The notes under the pieces: generated by a model
What the model was told of the DNA's origin: nothing
The model's input: only the letters and a program-made list of their open reading frames with translations
Databases searched by the model: none
Program-made: the position numbers and the translations under genes
Part shown: positions 9,875 to 18,068 of the stretch, piece by piece
How positions within the stretch are numbered: position 1 is the first letter of the stretch
How the letters are laid out: the number at the start of each line of letters is the position of its first letter
Source of the DNA: a virus
DNA length: 54,674 bases
Virus record (IMG/VR): IMGVR_UViG_3300008970_000001
Reading direction: 5' to 3' (one strand)

Positions 9875-10159
9875 GTGAGACCAGTCTATATTATAGAGTG
9901 GTCTCAGGCTAGTACCTACTCTCCCAACGGTTTGAGGTGTTTTTAGGGGGTAAGACCACTCTGAGAAAACAGGGTCACTATATATTTAAACCTTAGGTCT
10001 AGGTGAGTAATTAGATATAAAACCCATTCTCTTAAGAGAAATATAGTGGTCTTAGTGGTCTTAGTGGTCTCACTCTATAAAGTCTAGCAATACCAAGGGT
10101 TTCAGGGTTTTTTAGTGAGACCACTCTGAGACCACTCTTTACCAAAGTGAGACCACTCT
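9875..10159. repeat. Iteron cluster, putative replication origin
   Basis: At least 9 copies of GAGACCACT(CT)/AGTGGTCT(C) occur in both orientations. Examples: 9875-9887, 9895-9906, 9952-9965, three tandem TAGTGGTCT at 10044-10070, 10115-10127, 10128-10138, 10147-10159. Confidence 0.65.
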
Positions 10160-10181
10160 TGTGGAATATTTCTCGATGACC

Positions 10182-13127
10182 TTACTCATCATAGCCTTTA
10201 AACAGGCTGTCCGACTCCGCGGGGAATGCTATGCATCTCACTTGCGCTCCACCGAGTCTTTTCCTGATATCAAATCTCATCTCCCCCTTAGTCCCTTGCC
10301 ATATCCTGATCTTCCCCTGATCGGCCCAAGCCCTAATTATTTTCTCCGCACTCGAATACTTCTCTAAAAACTCATTAACGACACGCCTAATAATGTAAAT
10401 ATTTCCTCCTATTACGTCCGCTGGATCCTTCATCCCGATCTTCGTATTCGAGTAACTAGTGGATAACTTCTCATGGTTCTCTCCCACCCAGTCCTGAAAT
10501 TCTAGCCAAGCACGTTCAGACTCACTAGCTTCGACCTTGCGAATTAATTTCTCTGCAATCGCGGTACCCATTGCATATGCCTCAGCACTCGCCGCACCCG
10601 GATCTAACCCGAACACCCAAATGCTAGAGTAATAATCAGCGGTCATCACGCAGGCTAGAGCGTCTAAGTGACTATCTATCCTGTCGCTAAAATACTGCCT
10701 AAGCCACCCTTGGGCCTGACGATAATAATCAACAATCTCCCCACGCTCCGCACCCATCAGCGCGTGCATGAACGCTATACCTGCATGCCCGTGGGAGTCG
10801 GGAAGGAACCCATAGAGATAACGAGCAAGGTCTTTATTACCTGCGAGTGGACCGCCCTCAAGCTCCATCGTCCGCGTCATAAGGCCATCCATGGAACTCG
10901 CACTCGTGAGTGGTCCTTCACCAGTAGTTAGCACAATAGTTCTCCATGTATTTAACTCTTGCAGGCCTACTTTCCCGCCTCGCCCCTTCCCCTTGCCTTC
11001 AGCTAACATGTATAGCGTTGCGGATATATCTAACTTCTTGAGCTGGCTTAGGACTTCGCGCTCGTTGATACCTAATGGTAGATCAGAGAATAAACTCGCT
11101 CTACGCTCCAAGGCAGTTGTTGTACCGTCGAAGCTACAGGTAATCACATTCGGATCTCCCCATACGCTCATAGCCATCCAGAGCATTGCAGTCTTACCTT
11201 CCTGCGAATTGCCATGATTATGGACGATGAAGTTACGTTGTGAGAGTGGCTTGAGTAGCGGAGTAGCAAACGCTGCAGAGAGGATAAACCTCGCATTCGG
11301 CGAGTAATTACGGACTGTATTCGCTATATTACGCCATTCATTGAAATCCCCTGTCGCAGAGAATCCCCTCAAGGCGTGCTTACTACCGATATCGTCTACA
11401 TCTATTTCAATCTCTGGAGAAAGTCCAGGGAAAACGAACTCCTTGCCCCTCCACCCGAAGCGCGAAACGGCTTTTTGGACTGGAATATCGGGGTTACAGA
11501 ACAAGAAATCATCAAAATACTTCGCTAGATACTTGGCTCCCTCTGAGCCAACACTGATCCCCTTATCAGCTAGGCCAATAACCTTCCGAGAGTCTACACC
11601 CATCGATCGAGGGATAACGATGTCCCGCCACCGGCCCATGTGCTTATACGATATTCTGAGGGACTCAGTCTCCGTATCAGCATTGAATAACCGAGCAGAG
11701 ATGATTACAGGACATCCGCAGGCTCGAGTAACGATAGGGCCGTTTTCCGTAAACCTGATGTGGTTCACGCCAGTATCTGTAACTCTGAAATTATCCGGGA
11801 AAACGATCTCCTGCGCCGCCCCCGTGGCGATTTCGGTCGTCTGCTCGTCGGTTGATGTTGGGAGATCAGTAATATTATCGACAGTTATCTCAGCAATCTC
11901 AGAGTTCGTGATTTTTTGGGTATGCTGCTTAATCGCTCTCTCGAGATCGACAAGGTTTATCGTTCCCCTGAGCTTGTCCTTTGCTTTAGCATACAGTGCA
12001 GCATCGTTACGCTTAGCAATCGATAGTGCGGTTAACATATCATCATTAAATATTTTCTCCGCGCTCGGGATACCAATCATATTAACTTTTGCACGAGCAA
12101 TGTCAACGCGGCCTAGAGAAAAGGAGCAAGGAGACTTTACGCCACAGCCTCCTGAAGGGCACTGGAAACCATGAGTAGATTTAATGTAATCACAGGTATT
12201 TGGATTCATTTTTAGTGCTTCAGAGAGTCTGAAGTCAGTCCCCTTTGGCGTATAACGCCCTTTGTCTGGTGATGATAGTTCGTGGCACTTGTCAATTCCA
12301 TCCGTTCCCCGAACAACGTTTGTCAGCATACTGAGCCATTCGCCGTAGGTTATCGTCTGCGCATGATGTAAACAGTGTTGCAAGAACTGACAATTCGCAA
12401 TCATTAGATCCGAGCTCTCGTCCGTGGATCGTCGTTCGAACTTCCCGTGATTCGTTATCTCTGAGCGAAAATCAATATCTGGAATTAAGTCCTCCAACTC
12501 CGAAGGATCGTAACGTAGGTCTGGTGAGAAATGTGTAATATAAACCGGTTGTTTTTGACCTAGTTTATGGTTTATCGTGCCCGGTACCCGGAGAACGCGA
12601 GAGAGGTCTGCCGTAGAGTCGAATTTCCACCCGCGTTCTTGGGCCAGAGATTTGATGTATGCCTGCAGGCGAATCATGAGGTTAGATGCACGAAGGTTTT
12701 CCTCTTGCGTATCGAAGGTCCATGCTTCCTTGAGGAGCCAATACATATGCATGCCGTTTCCGGACCATACCGTGATGGATGGTTGCAAGAAGTCTGGTAG
12801 AATCGAGTGTGCCTCTTCGACTGTGGCGGGTAGATCAGTTTGTTTGTGGGCTGGTCCAAGTATGTCGATATCCATCCACAGAGCCGGAATAAAAGAAACG
12901 TTGTTGGCTAGTGGTCGATTATTATCCGCGATATCGCCCATTGATCCACCAAGGCCGTAGTACACATCTCGCTCATCCTGTATCGCATGGGCAGCGTTCG
13001 CCATCATTCTGAGATCGTTAGCTGAGAATGACCATGTTTTTTTGTCTGGCAATGTCCAAAGATACAGATTGCCTGACTCGATATTGCCGTATAATGCGTT
13101 TAAAAATTGTTCTGTATCCTGGTTCAC
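10182..13127 (-). CDS. Bifunctional primase-polymerase / SF3-type helicase (DUF927-like C-terminal ATPase)
   Basis: 981 aa. Has AEP primase motifs WMDIDI and WSGNGMHMYW, and Walker A HGNSQEGKT in the C-terminal half. Confidence 0.82.
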   Translation of the reverse strand: MNQDTEQFLNALYGNIESGNLYLWTLPDKKTWSFSANDLRMMANAAHAIQDERDVYYGLGGSMGDIADNNRPLANNVSFIPALWMDIDILGPAHKQTDLPATVEEAHSILPDFLQPSITVWSGNGMHMYWLLKEAWTFDTQEENLRASNLMIRLQAYIKSLAQERGWKFDSTADLSRVLRVPGTINHKLGQKQPVYITHFSPDLRYDPSELEDLIPDIDFRSEITNHGKFERRSTDESSDLMIANCQFLQHCLHHAQTITYGEWLSMLTNVVRGTDGIDKCHELSSPDKGRYTPKGTDFRLSEALKMNPNTCDYIKSTHGFQCPSGGCGVKSPCSFSLGRVDIARAKVNMIGIPSAEKIFNDDMLTALSIAKRNDAALYAKAKDKLRGTINLVDLERAIKQHTQKITNSEIAEITVDNITDLPTSTDEQTTEIATGAAQEIVFPDNFRVTDTGVNHIRFTENGPIVTRACGCPVIISARLFNADTETESLRISYKHMGRWRDIVIPRSMGVDSRKVIGLADKGISVGSEGAKYLAKYFDDFLFCNPDIPVQKAVSRFGWRGKEFVFPGLSPEIEIDVDDIGSKHALRGFSATGDFNEWRNIANTVRNYSPNARFILSAAFATPLLKPLSQRNFIVHNHGNSQEGKTAMLWMAMSVWGDPNVITCSFDGTTTALERRASLFSDLPLGINEREVLSQLKKLDISATLYMLAEGKGKGRGGKVGLQELNTWRTIVLTTGEGPLTSASSMDGLMTRTMELEGGPLAGNKDLARYLYGFLPDSHGHAGIAFMHALMGAERGEIVDYYRQAQGWLRQYFSDRIDSHLDALACVMTADYYSSIWVFGLDPGAASAEAYAMGTAIAEKLIRKVEASESERAWLEFQDWVGENHEKLSTSYSNTKIGMKDPADVIGGNIYIIRRVVNEFLEKYSSAEKIIRAWADQGKIRIWQGTKGEMRFDIRKRLGGAQVRCIAFPAESDSLFKGYDE

Positions 13128-13141
13128 TGGAACACCTTCTC

Positions 13142-13501
13142 TCAGCTACCGTTGATGATTTTAAGAACGTCCTCGAATGATCGTGCTACGCCTGCGGTGG
13201 CGCCCCTCATGGATACTGTGTTTAGGAAGTTTGTTTGTGCTTCGGATGGTTTACCTTTTGGAGATTTTACTTCGATGAATAAGGCGCGACCTCCGGGAAG
13301 AACTCCGAAGAGGTCTGAGAAGCCCGGAGGAATGCCTGCGTTAAATGGACGTGGATCGAAAATTGTTAGTGATCCGTCTGGGTTCTTGCGAATTCTGGAT
13401 CCACTCCAGGCTTGACCTACATTTAATCTGAAAAGTAGCCCGTGAGGAATTTGCTTGGAGAAGTCGATGCGAATAAGGTTTTGAATCGAATGTTCGTTCA
13501 T
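13142..13501 (-). CDS. VRR-NUC domain nuclease
   Basis: GFSDLFGV...LFIEVKSPKGKPSEAQ contains the D...E-x-K motif. Confidence 0.78.
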   Translation of the reverse strand: MNEHSIQNLIRIDFSKQIPHGLLFRLNVGQAWSGSRIRKNPDGSLTIFDPRPFNAGIPPGFSDLFGVLPGGRALFIEVKSPKGKPSEAQTNFLNTVSMRGATAGVARSFEDVLKIINGS

Positions 13502-13854
13502 GAGGATTCCCCCTTCAGTTCAACCCCACAATATCCCATTAGTCGTTTGCATATCGGACAAGGCTCTGGTTTATCATCTTTATCACAAACTAAATACAAC
13601 GCCGATCCATGTAGTTTGCCGAGATCTACACCAAGCAGAGCCATCTGCTCGGCGTGGATGCTGTGACATTCACTATAGTCTCCGGAGTTATGAGGAAAAC
13701 CATAGCGAGAGCATGAAGTGCAGGCCATTGGTGCCTCGTTCCATCCAGTACTGAGAGGTTCACCGAGTGGGCTTACTATTACGGCAGCATATTTTCGCCG
13801 TAAACAGTTACTATTGTTAAGGAACTTTCGGGCTTCGTCGAAGTAGTTTTTCAC
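13498..13854 (-). CDS. dCMP/cytidine deaminase family protein
   Basis: Has the zinc motifs CHSIHAEQ and PCPICKRL. Confidence 0.78.
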   Translation of the reverse strand: MKNYFDEARKFLNNSNCLRRKYAAVIVSPLGEPLSTGWNEAPMACTSCSRYGFPHNSGDYSECHSIHAEQMALLGVDLGKLHGSALYLVCDKDDKPEPCPICKRLMGYCGVELKGESS

Positions 13855-13879
13855 ACTGGTTCCTCCTTAATCTCCTCTT

Positions 13880-14344
13880 CTAAAAGAGTGACATTTGCTT
13901 GATCTCTTTAGATCTTAGTCTCTTAACACCATCTTTTTTGAGCGTTTTGCATCCTGCCTTGACTAACCAAACTTCAACTTCTGTTACCAAATCTTCTTGT
14001 GTCTTAAATCTTTTGAGACTCAACGAGATACTTCTTGCTGACGTTGGTAATGAGACATACATGCTGTACAATTTGGCCTTTTTACTCCATTTAATGCTAA
14101 ATCTGATTTTTTCTCTTTCGGAATACGCCTTCTTAGTAGGTACACAAACATCCAACTTGGCATCTACTTCTTCACGCCATTCTTTCCGCGTGTGGTCTGA
14201 GTGCATTTCTTGCTCTGGCTTGTAAAAGTCGTATCCACCAAATAATGTTGGCGATTCAAACTCTTTATGAAATGTAAAAGTTGGTTTGCATCCATAGTCT
14301 TTTAGGAGTTCATGTACTTTCTGAAATTTATCTTCGTACAGCAT
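13880..14344 (-). CDS. Hypothetical protein
   Basis: 154-aa ORF in the replication module. Confidence 0.6.
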   Translation of the reverse strand: MLYEDKFQKVHELLKDYGCKPTFTFHKEFESPTLFGGYDFYKPEQEMHSDHTRKEWREEVDAKLDVCVPTKKAYSEREKIRFSIKWSKKAKLYSMYVSLPTSARSISLSLKRFKTQEDLVTEVEVWLVKAGCKTLKKDGVKRLRSKEIKQMSLF

Positions 14345-14347
14345 GCC

Positions 14348-15718
14348 CTACCTCCACGCCCTCTGCTTGCTCCGAACATCAAGCATCTTATCGACCCACC
14401 TCAACGAATACCCTCGCTTAATCGCAATCTGCTCCAAGTCCTCCCGAGTCCTGGCCTGCCCTATCTCACGTTTCTGAGCCTTACGTTCAAGGTCCTTAAT
14501 CTGTAATAACTCGCCTTTCGTCTGCTCAATCGGAGCTTGGGCCAGGACGGGATATTGGTGACCGCAGTTAGGGCACTGAGGCCTTGGCATATGAGCAAAA
14601 TAACACTTAGGACACTGCCTTACGGATATCTCGTTCGGCTCACGTTTTTTTACTTTCCCCTCGAGTGACCACTCTCGATCCTCGTCTGGTAAACCGTGCC
14701 GATAGACGTTTCCAACGTGGTCAATAATGATTGCTCTCTTATCAGGGTTTTCAGGATCTGCCCGCATGGCCCTCATCGCCTGCTGAATAAATAACGTTGT
14801 TGACTGAGTAGGCCTAAGTAGTATTACGGCCTCCATGTTCGGCACGTCGAAACCCTCAGAGACAAGATCCACGTTTGTCAGTATTTTAATAACACCTGTC
14901 CTGAACTGCTCGATTGCTGTCTTACGGATACTGTCCGGAGTCTTTCCGTCGATATAGGCAGCCGGTATTCCCTGATCATTAAACTCTTTGGCGACGTGTT
15001 CGGCGTGCTCGCATGAAGCACAGTAAACTATCGCCCTCTTACCATCCGCTAACTTTCGATAAGTCTTAATGACGTCCCCAATGATCTCCGACTTGTCCAT
15101 CCTTAGCGCGACCTCTGACGTTTGGTAATCGCCATACTTAACCTTTATATCCGTAAAATCCGCGACAACCGGCGGTGAAAAATAGTCAAACGGTGCAAGG
15201 TTTCCCATTTCGATGAGTTCTTTGACAGATGGTCCCAGTGCCAATGCCTGGAATATGACTCCTAGCCCATCTCCGGACAAACGAGCCGGCGTAGCAGTAA
15301 ACCCGATGACTAACGATGTTGGGAATTGTTCGATAACCTTACGCCACGTGTTCGCTACTGCGTGTTGACATTCGTCGAGGATAATTAGGTCTGGCGGTTT
15401 CTTGAACTGGCTTACTCGCCTAGCTAACGTGTAAACGCTCGCCACGTGCATATCACACGAATTTATGTTCTTTGAATTTAGGATTTCATGAGGAATATAA
15501 AACTGATCTAGCGTTCTCGATGTCTGTTCGATTAGCTCTTGACGATGTACCACAATAAGTACTTTCTGGTTTTTTGATCGTGTTTGAGCTGTCATCCACG
15601 AGAATAAAACTGTCTTTCCGGCTCCGCAGGGTGCTACTGCGCAGATCCGGAGGAGTCCGGCACGTATTGAGTACCGGATCTCCTCGATTAGGTCAGTCTG
15701 GTAGGGTCTTAGTTCCAT
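14348..15718 (-). CDS. DEAD/DEAH-box SF2 helicase
   Basis: Has Walker A APCGAGKT, DECQH, and a C-terminal zinc ribbon CPKC...CPNC. Confidence 0.85.
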   Translation of the reverse strand: MELRPYQTDLIEEIRYSIRAGLLRICAVAPCGAGKTVLFSWMTAQTRSKNQKVLIVVHRQELIEQTSRTLDQFYIPHEILNSKNINSCDMHVASVYTLARRVSQFKKPPDLIILDECQHAVANTWRKVIEQFPTSLVIGFTATPARLSGDGLGVIFQALALGPSVKELIEMGNLAPFDYFSPPVVADFTDIKVKYGDYQTSEVALRMDKSEIIGDVIKTYRKLADGKRAIVYCASCEHAEHVAKEFNDQGIPAAYIDGKTPDSIRKTAIEQFRTGVIKILTNVDLVSEGFDVPNMEAVILLRPTQSTTLFIQQAMRAMRADPENPDKRAIIIDHVGNVYRHGLPDEDREWSLEGKVKKREPNEISVRQCPKCYFAHMPRPQCPNCGHQYPVLAQAPIEQTKGELLQIKDLERKAQKREIGQARTREDLEQIAIKRGYSLRWVDKMLDVRSKQRAWR

Positions 15719-15733
15719 TTGTCCTCCCTACTG

Positions 15734-16504
15734 TCAAAATGGGATATCGTCATCTAATGACACTTCTCTACCGATCTGGCTAAGATTGGTTTGACTAGCA
15801 CCATGAGCGTTCTGCTGCGGCTGCCCTAGCCAAGGTGGCTGTTGTTGCTGTGATTGCTGCTGTGGTGGGAAGTTTGGGTTCGGCATGTTCGGGTGAGCAG
15901 GAGTTCCGTATCCCGGTGGAGGAGGCTGTTGCCCTTGTGGCGGTGCTTGCCACTGTCCCTGGGGTGGCTGCCCGTATCCTTGCGATTGCTGCTGTGGTGT
16001 ATATCCTGGAGGAGCAAACTGACCGGGGTAAGATGGAGCACCAGGAGGTTGTTGATACGGGGGTTGCTGGTAATTCTGCTGAGGTGGAGCTCCGTATGGT
16101 GGCGGGCTATACGGAGGTGTGGTCTGTGCCTGGGTCCTAGGCTGAGGACTCCGTGTAGGTGCCCCTGCGCTATCATCCCTAGGACTTAAAAATCTTACAT
16201 CTATAGCCTCTACCTCTGTAATCCAATGCTTTTGTCCATCCTTTTCGTAGGTTCTGACCCGGATGGATCCGTCAACAGCCGCCATCTTACCCTTGCTTAA
16301 ATAATTAGCGCATAATTCGGCGAGCTCTTTTTTAAACAGAGGGACGCTTACATTCAGGAAGTCAGTTTCCTTTTCACCTTGTGCGTTTTTAAACTGGCGA
16401 TCACAGGCTAGGGTGAATGAGCACGTGGCGTTTCCATTGGGTGTATGACGTAATTCGGGATCCTTCGTAAGGCGACCGATTAAAACAACTTTATTTAACA
16501 TCAA
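15734..16504 (-). CDS. ssb: Single-stranded DNA-binding protein with long P/Q-rich linker
   Basis: N-terminal OB fold (NKVVLIGRLTKDPELRHTPNG), a ~140-aa P/Q/G linker, and the canonical DDDIPF tip. Confidence 0.9.
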   Translation of the reverse strand: MMLNKVVLIGRLTKDPELRHTPNGNATCSFTLACDRQFKNAQGEKETDFLNVSVPLFKKELAELCANYLSKGKMAAVDGSIRVRTYEKDGQKHWITEVEAIDVRFLSPRDDSAGAPTRSPQPRTQAQTTPPYSPPPYGAPPQQNYQQPPYQQPPGAPSYPGQFAPPGYTPQQQSQGYGQPPQGQWQAPPQGQQPPPPGYGTPAHPNMPNPNFPPQQQSQQQQPPWLGQPQQNAHGASQTNLSQIGREVSLDDDIPF

Positions 16505-17079
16505 CGATTCCCCCTTATATAACCTTCAAGATCATTTCTTTCAACAGTAAGTTCTGGTAGATTCATCTCGGTCAATCCCTTGCCACGCTTTTTGAAAACA
16601 TATGGTTCTAAATCTGCCTCTCCCCATTTCCACATAGCCTTGATCTCGGCAATGATCTTAGACTCTGGCGTTTCGACTACAAATTCCGGTGTGGCAACTT
16701 CCCGCACTGCCTCGGTGGACGGTCCCTCCGCCAAGTAATCAACCGCAATATTCAGTGCACCCAACCACGCATATCTCCATGCCATCGTTGCGGCCTTAGC
16801 GACCGCCTTGTCGCCCTGATCTACCCCGGATCCGAACGCTATATTAACCATGGTTTCATCAGATTCGGCGTCTATGATCGTCAACTTACAAGACACCGTT
16901 ACAAGATGCCAAACGACTCCTTGAGTAGTGGTTCTCTCTTTAGATTCAGAAATTCCATATTCAATCTGAGTTATAAGTTTTTGTTCAAGGAGAGCTTCGT
17001 TTAGTTTTCCGAAAGACTGCTCATCGGGGATTGCACGGATGACTTCGAGTATCTTACTAGCGATTTTCATGTGGCTCAT
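16501..17079 (-). CDS. Putative ssDNA-annealing/recombination protein (ERF-like; weak call)
   Basis: 192 aa between SSB and the nuclease genes. GDKAVAKAATMAWRYAWLGALNI is reminiscent of ERF-type proteins. Confidence 0.35.
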   Translation of the reverse strand: MSHMKIASKILEVIRAIPDEQSFGKLNEALLEQKLITQIEYGISESKERTTTQGVVWHLVTVSCKLTIIDAESDETMVNIAFGSGVDQGDKAVAKAATMAWRYAWLGALNIAVDYLAEGPSTEAVREVATPEFVVETPESKIIAEIKAMWKWGEADLEPYVFKKRGKGLTEMNLPELTVERNDLEGYIRGNR

Positions 17080-18068
17080 AGTTTCACCTCAGGGAGCTCA
17101 TCCCATGTCCGACCGTCGAGTTCGCGGCCTGCTTTCTTTTTACCTACTCTTTGCATGTAAATTGCTCCTGCACCGTGATAACCCATGCCTCCATCGTGGT
17201 TAATCCGCTCAACTTTATCTTTGTGGTAATATTCAGCATCATCTCGGATATTTCCACATTGGCCGCTCTGGGTCCATTCACCCCATTGCTTAAAGAAAAG
17301 CTTAGTTCCTGCCGCTTGGCACTGATCTCTTAGGCTTCTGACCCAATCCGGATGCATTGGCCGCGCTCTTGGTCCCGATTCTCCGCCAACGATTACCCAG
17401 TCCAATTTTGGACCTTTTGTATGTGGCTTAGGGAATCCGTTTAAGCCATTTAATGCATCTACAGCCGTTACATTCTCATAGTGCAAGTCGTTTAAATCTA
17501 TTGGTCCTAATAATGGCTCTGCACTTATGAACCTTACTGTAGCTGGTGTTTGTAGAAGCAACGGTATCCTCTCATCTGCTGAAGCTTGGTTTTTGACTGA
17601 TACCCCGATCCAGATGTTTTCCATTGGGTTAGCATCTGGGATCCCCAGCTCATCTAATGCAGCATATAAGCCGTCATAATTACAATCTGCATCACACATT
17701 GCCTTTAAAATGTAATTGCGCATTCGCTCAGGCCTTTTTGTTAGCACGAGAAATGTATGTTGCGAAGCTTTTGCCATCGACGCAAAAACTAAATCCAAAA
17801 AACTATCAGGCACAGCGATATGAAATAGGTCACTCATAGAATTCACAAATATTTTCTTTGGCTTCTTCCATTCCAACGGTTGCTCTAATCACTCAGGGTA
17901 ACACGCCACATCATTAAAGTTACGGTCTTTATAAGCAGGATTGCCCATTGCTCTTAATCTGGGCCAAAGTCGCTCGGCGTAACAGTTGCGACAGCCTTCG
18001 GACACTTTTGTACAGCCAGTAACAGGATTCCATACAGCTTCCGTCCATTCGATTTTTGATTTACTCAC
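17076..18068 (-). pseudogene. Gp37/Gp68 (DUF5131) family gene interrupted by an in-frame TGA at 17889-17891
   Basis: A GTG at 18068 is coupled to the upstream stop (GTGA). The N-terminal 59 aa read [32 protein letters not shown]...CYPE, then TGA, then LEQPLEWKKPKKIFVNSMSDLFH... in the same frame. Confidence 0.7.

Noticed and set aside
10044-10070. Short tandem repeats as a possible CRISPR array
   Set aside because: The units are 9 bp with no spacers and belong to the iteron cluster. No repeat-spacer architecture exists anywhere in the window.
11341-12174. 277-aa plus-strand ORF inside the primase-helicase gene
   Set aside because: It is entirely antisense to a well-supported 981-aa CDS with clear motifs. 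Its composition is Ser/Leu/Pro-rich and low in complexity, and it has no SD. It is a typical shadow ORF. The same reasoning applies to 52549-53397, 6275-6724, 50556-50969, 51255-51698 and other plus-strand track ORFs that lie antisense to structural genes.
15826-16189. Three overlapping ORFs (both strands) within the SSB gene
   Set aside because: They arise from the P/Q-rich low-complexity linker of SSB, where repetitive CAG/CCA-type codons keep several frames open. The SSB frame has the OB domain and the DDDIPF tip.
17889-17891. Genome-wide TGA recoding (alternative genetic code) or selenocysteine
   Set aside because: TGA terminates many well-defined genes here, for example those ending at 86, 18065, 25483 and 44079. 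No SECIS-like hairpin is obvious downstream. A single CGA to TGA change explains the stop.
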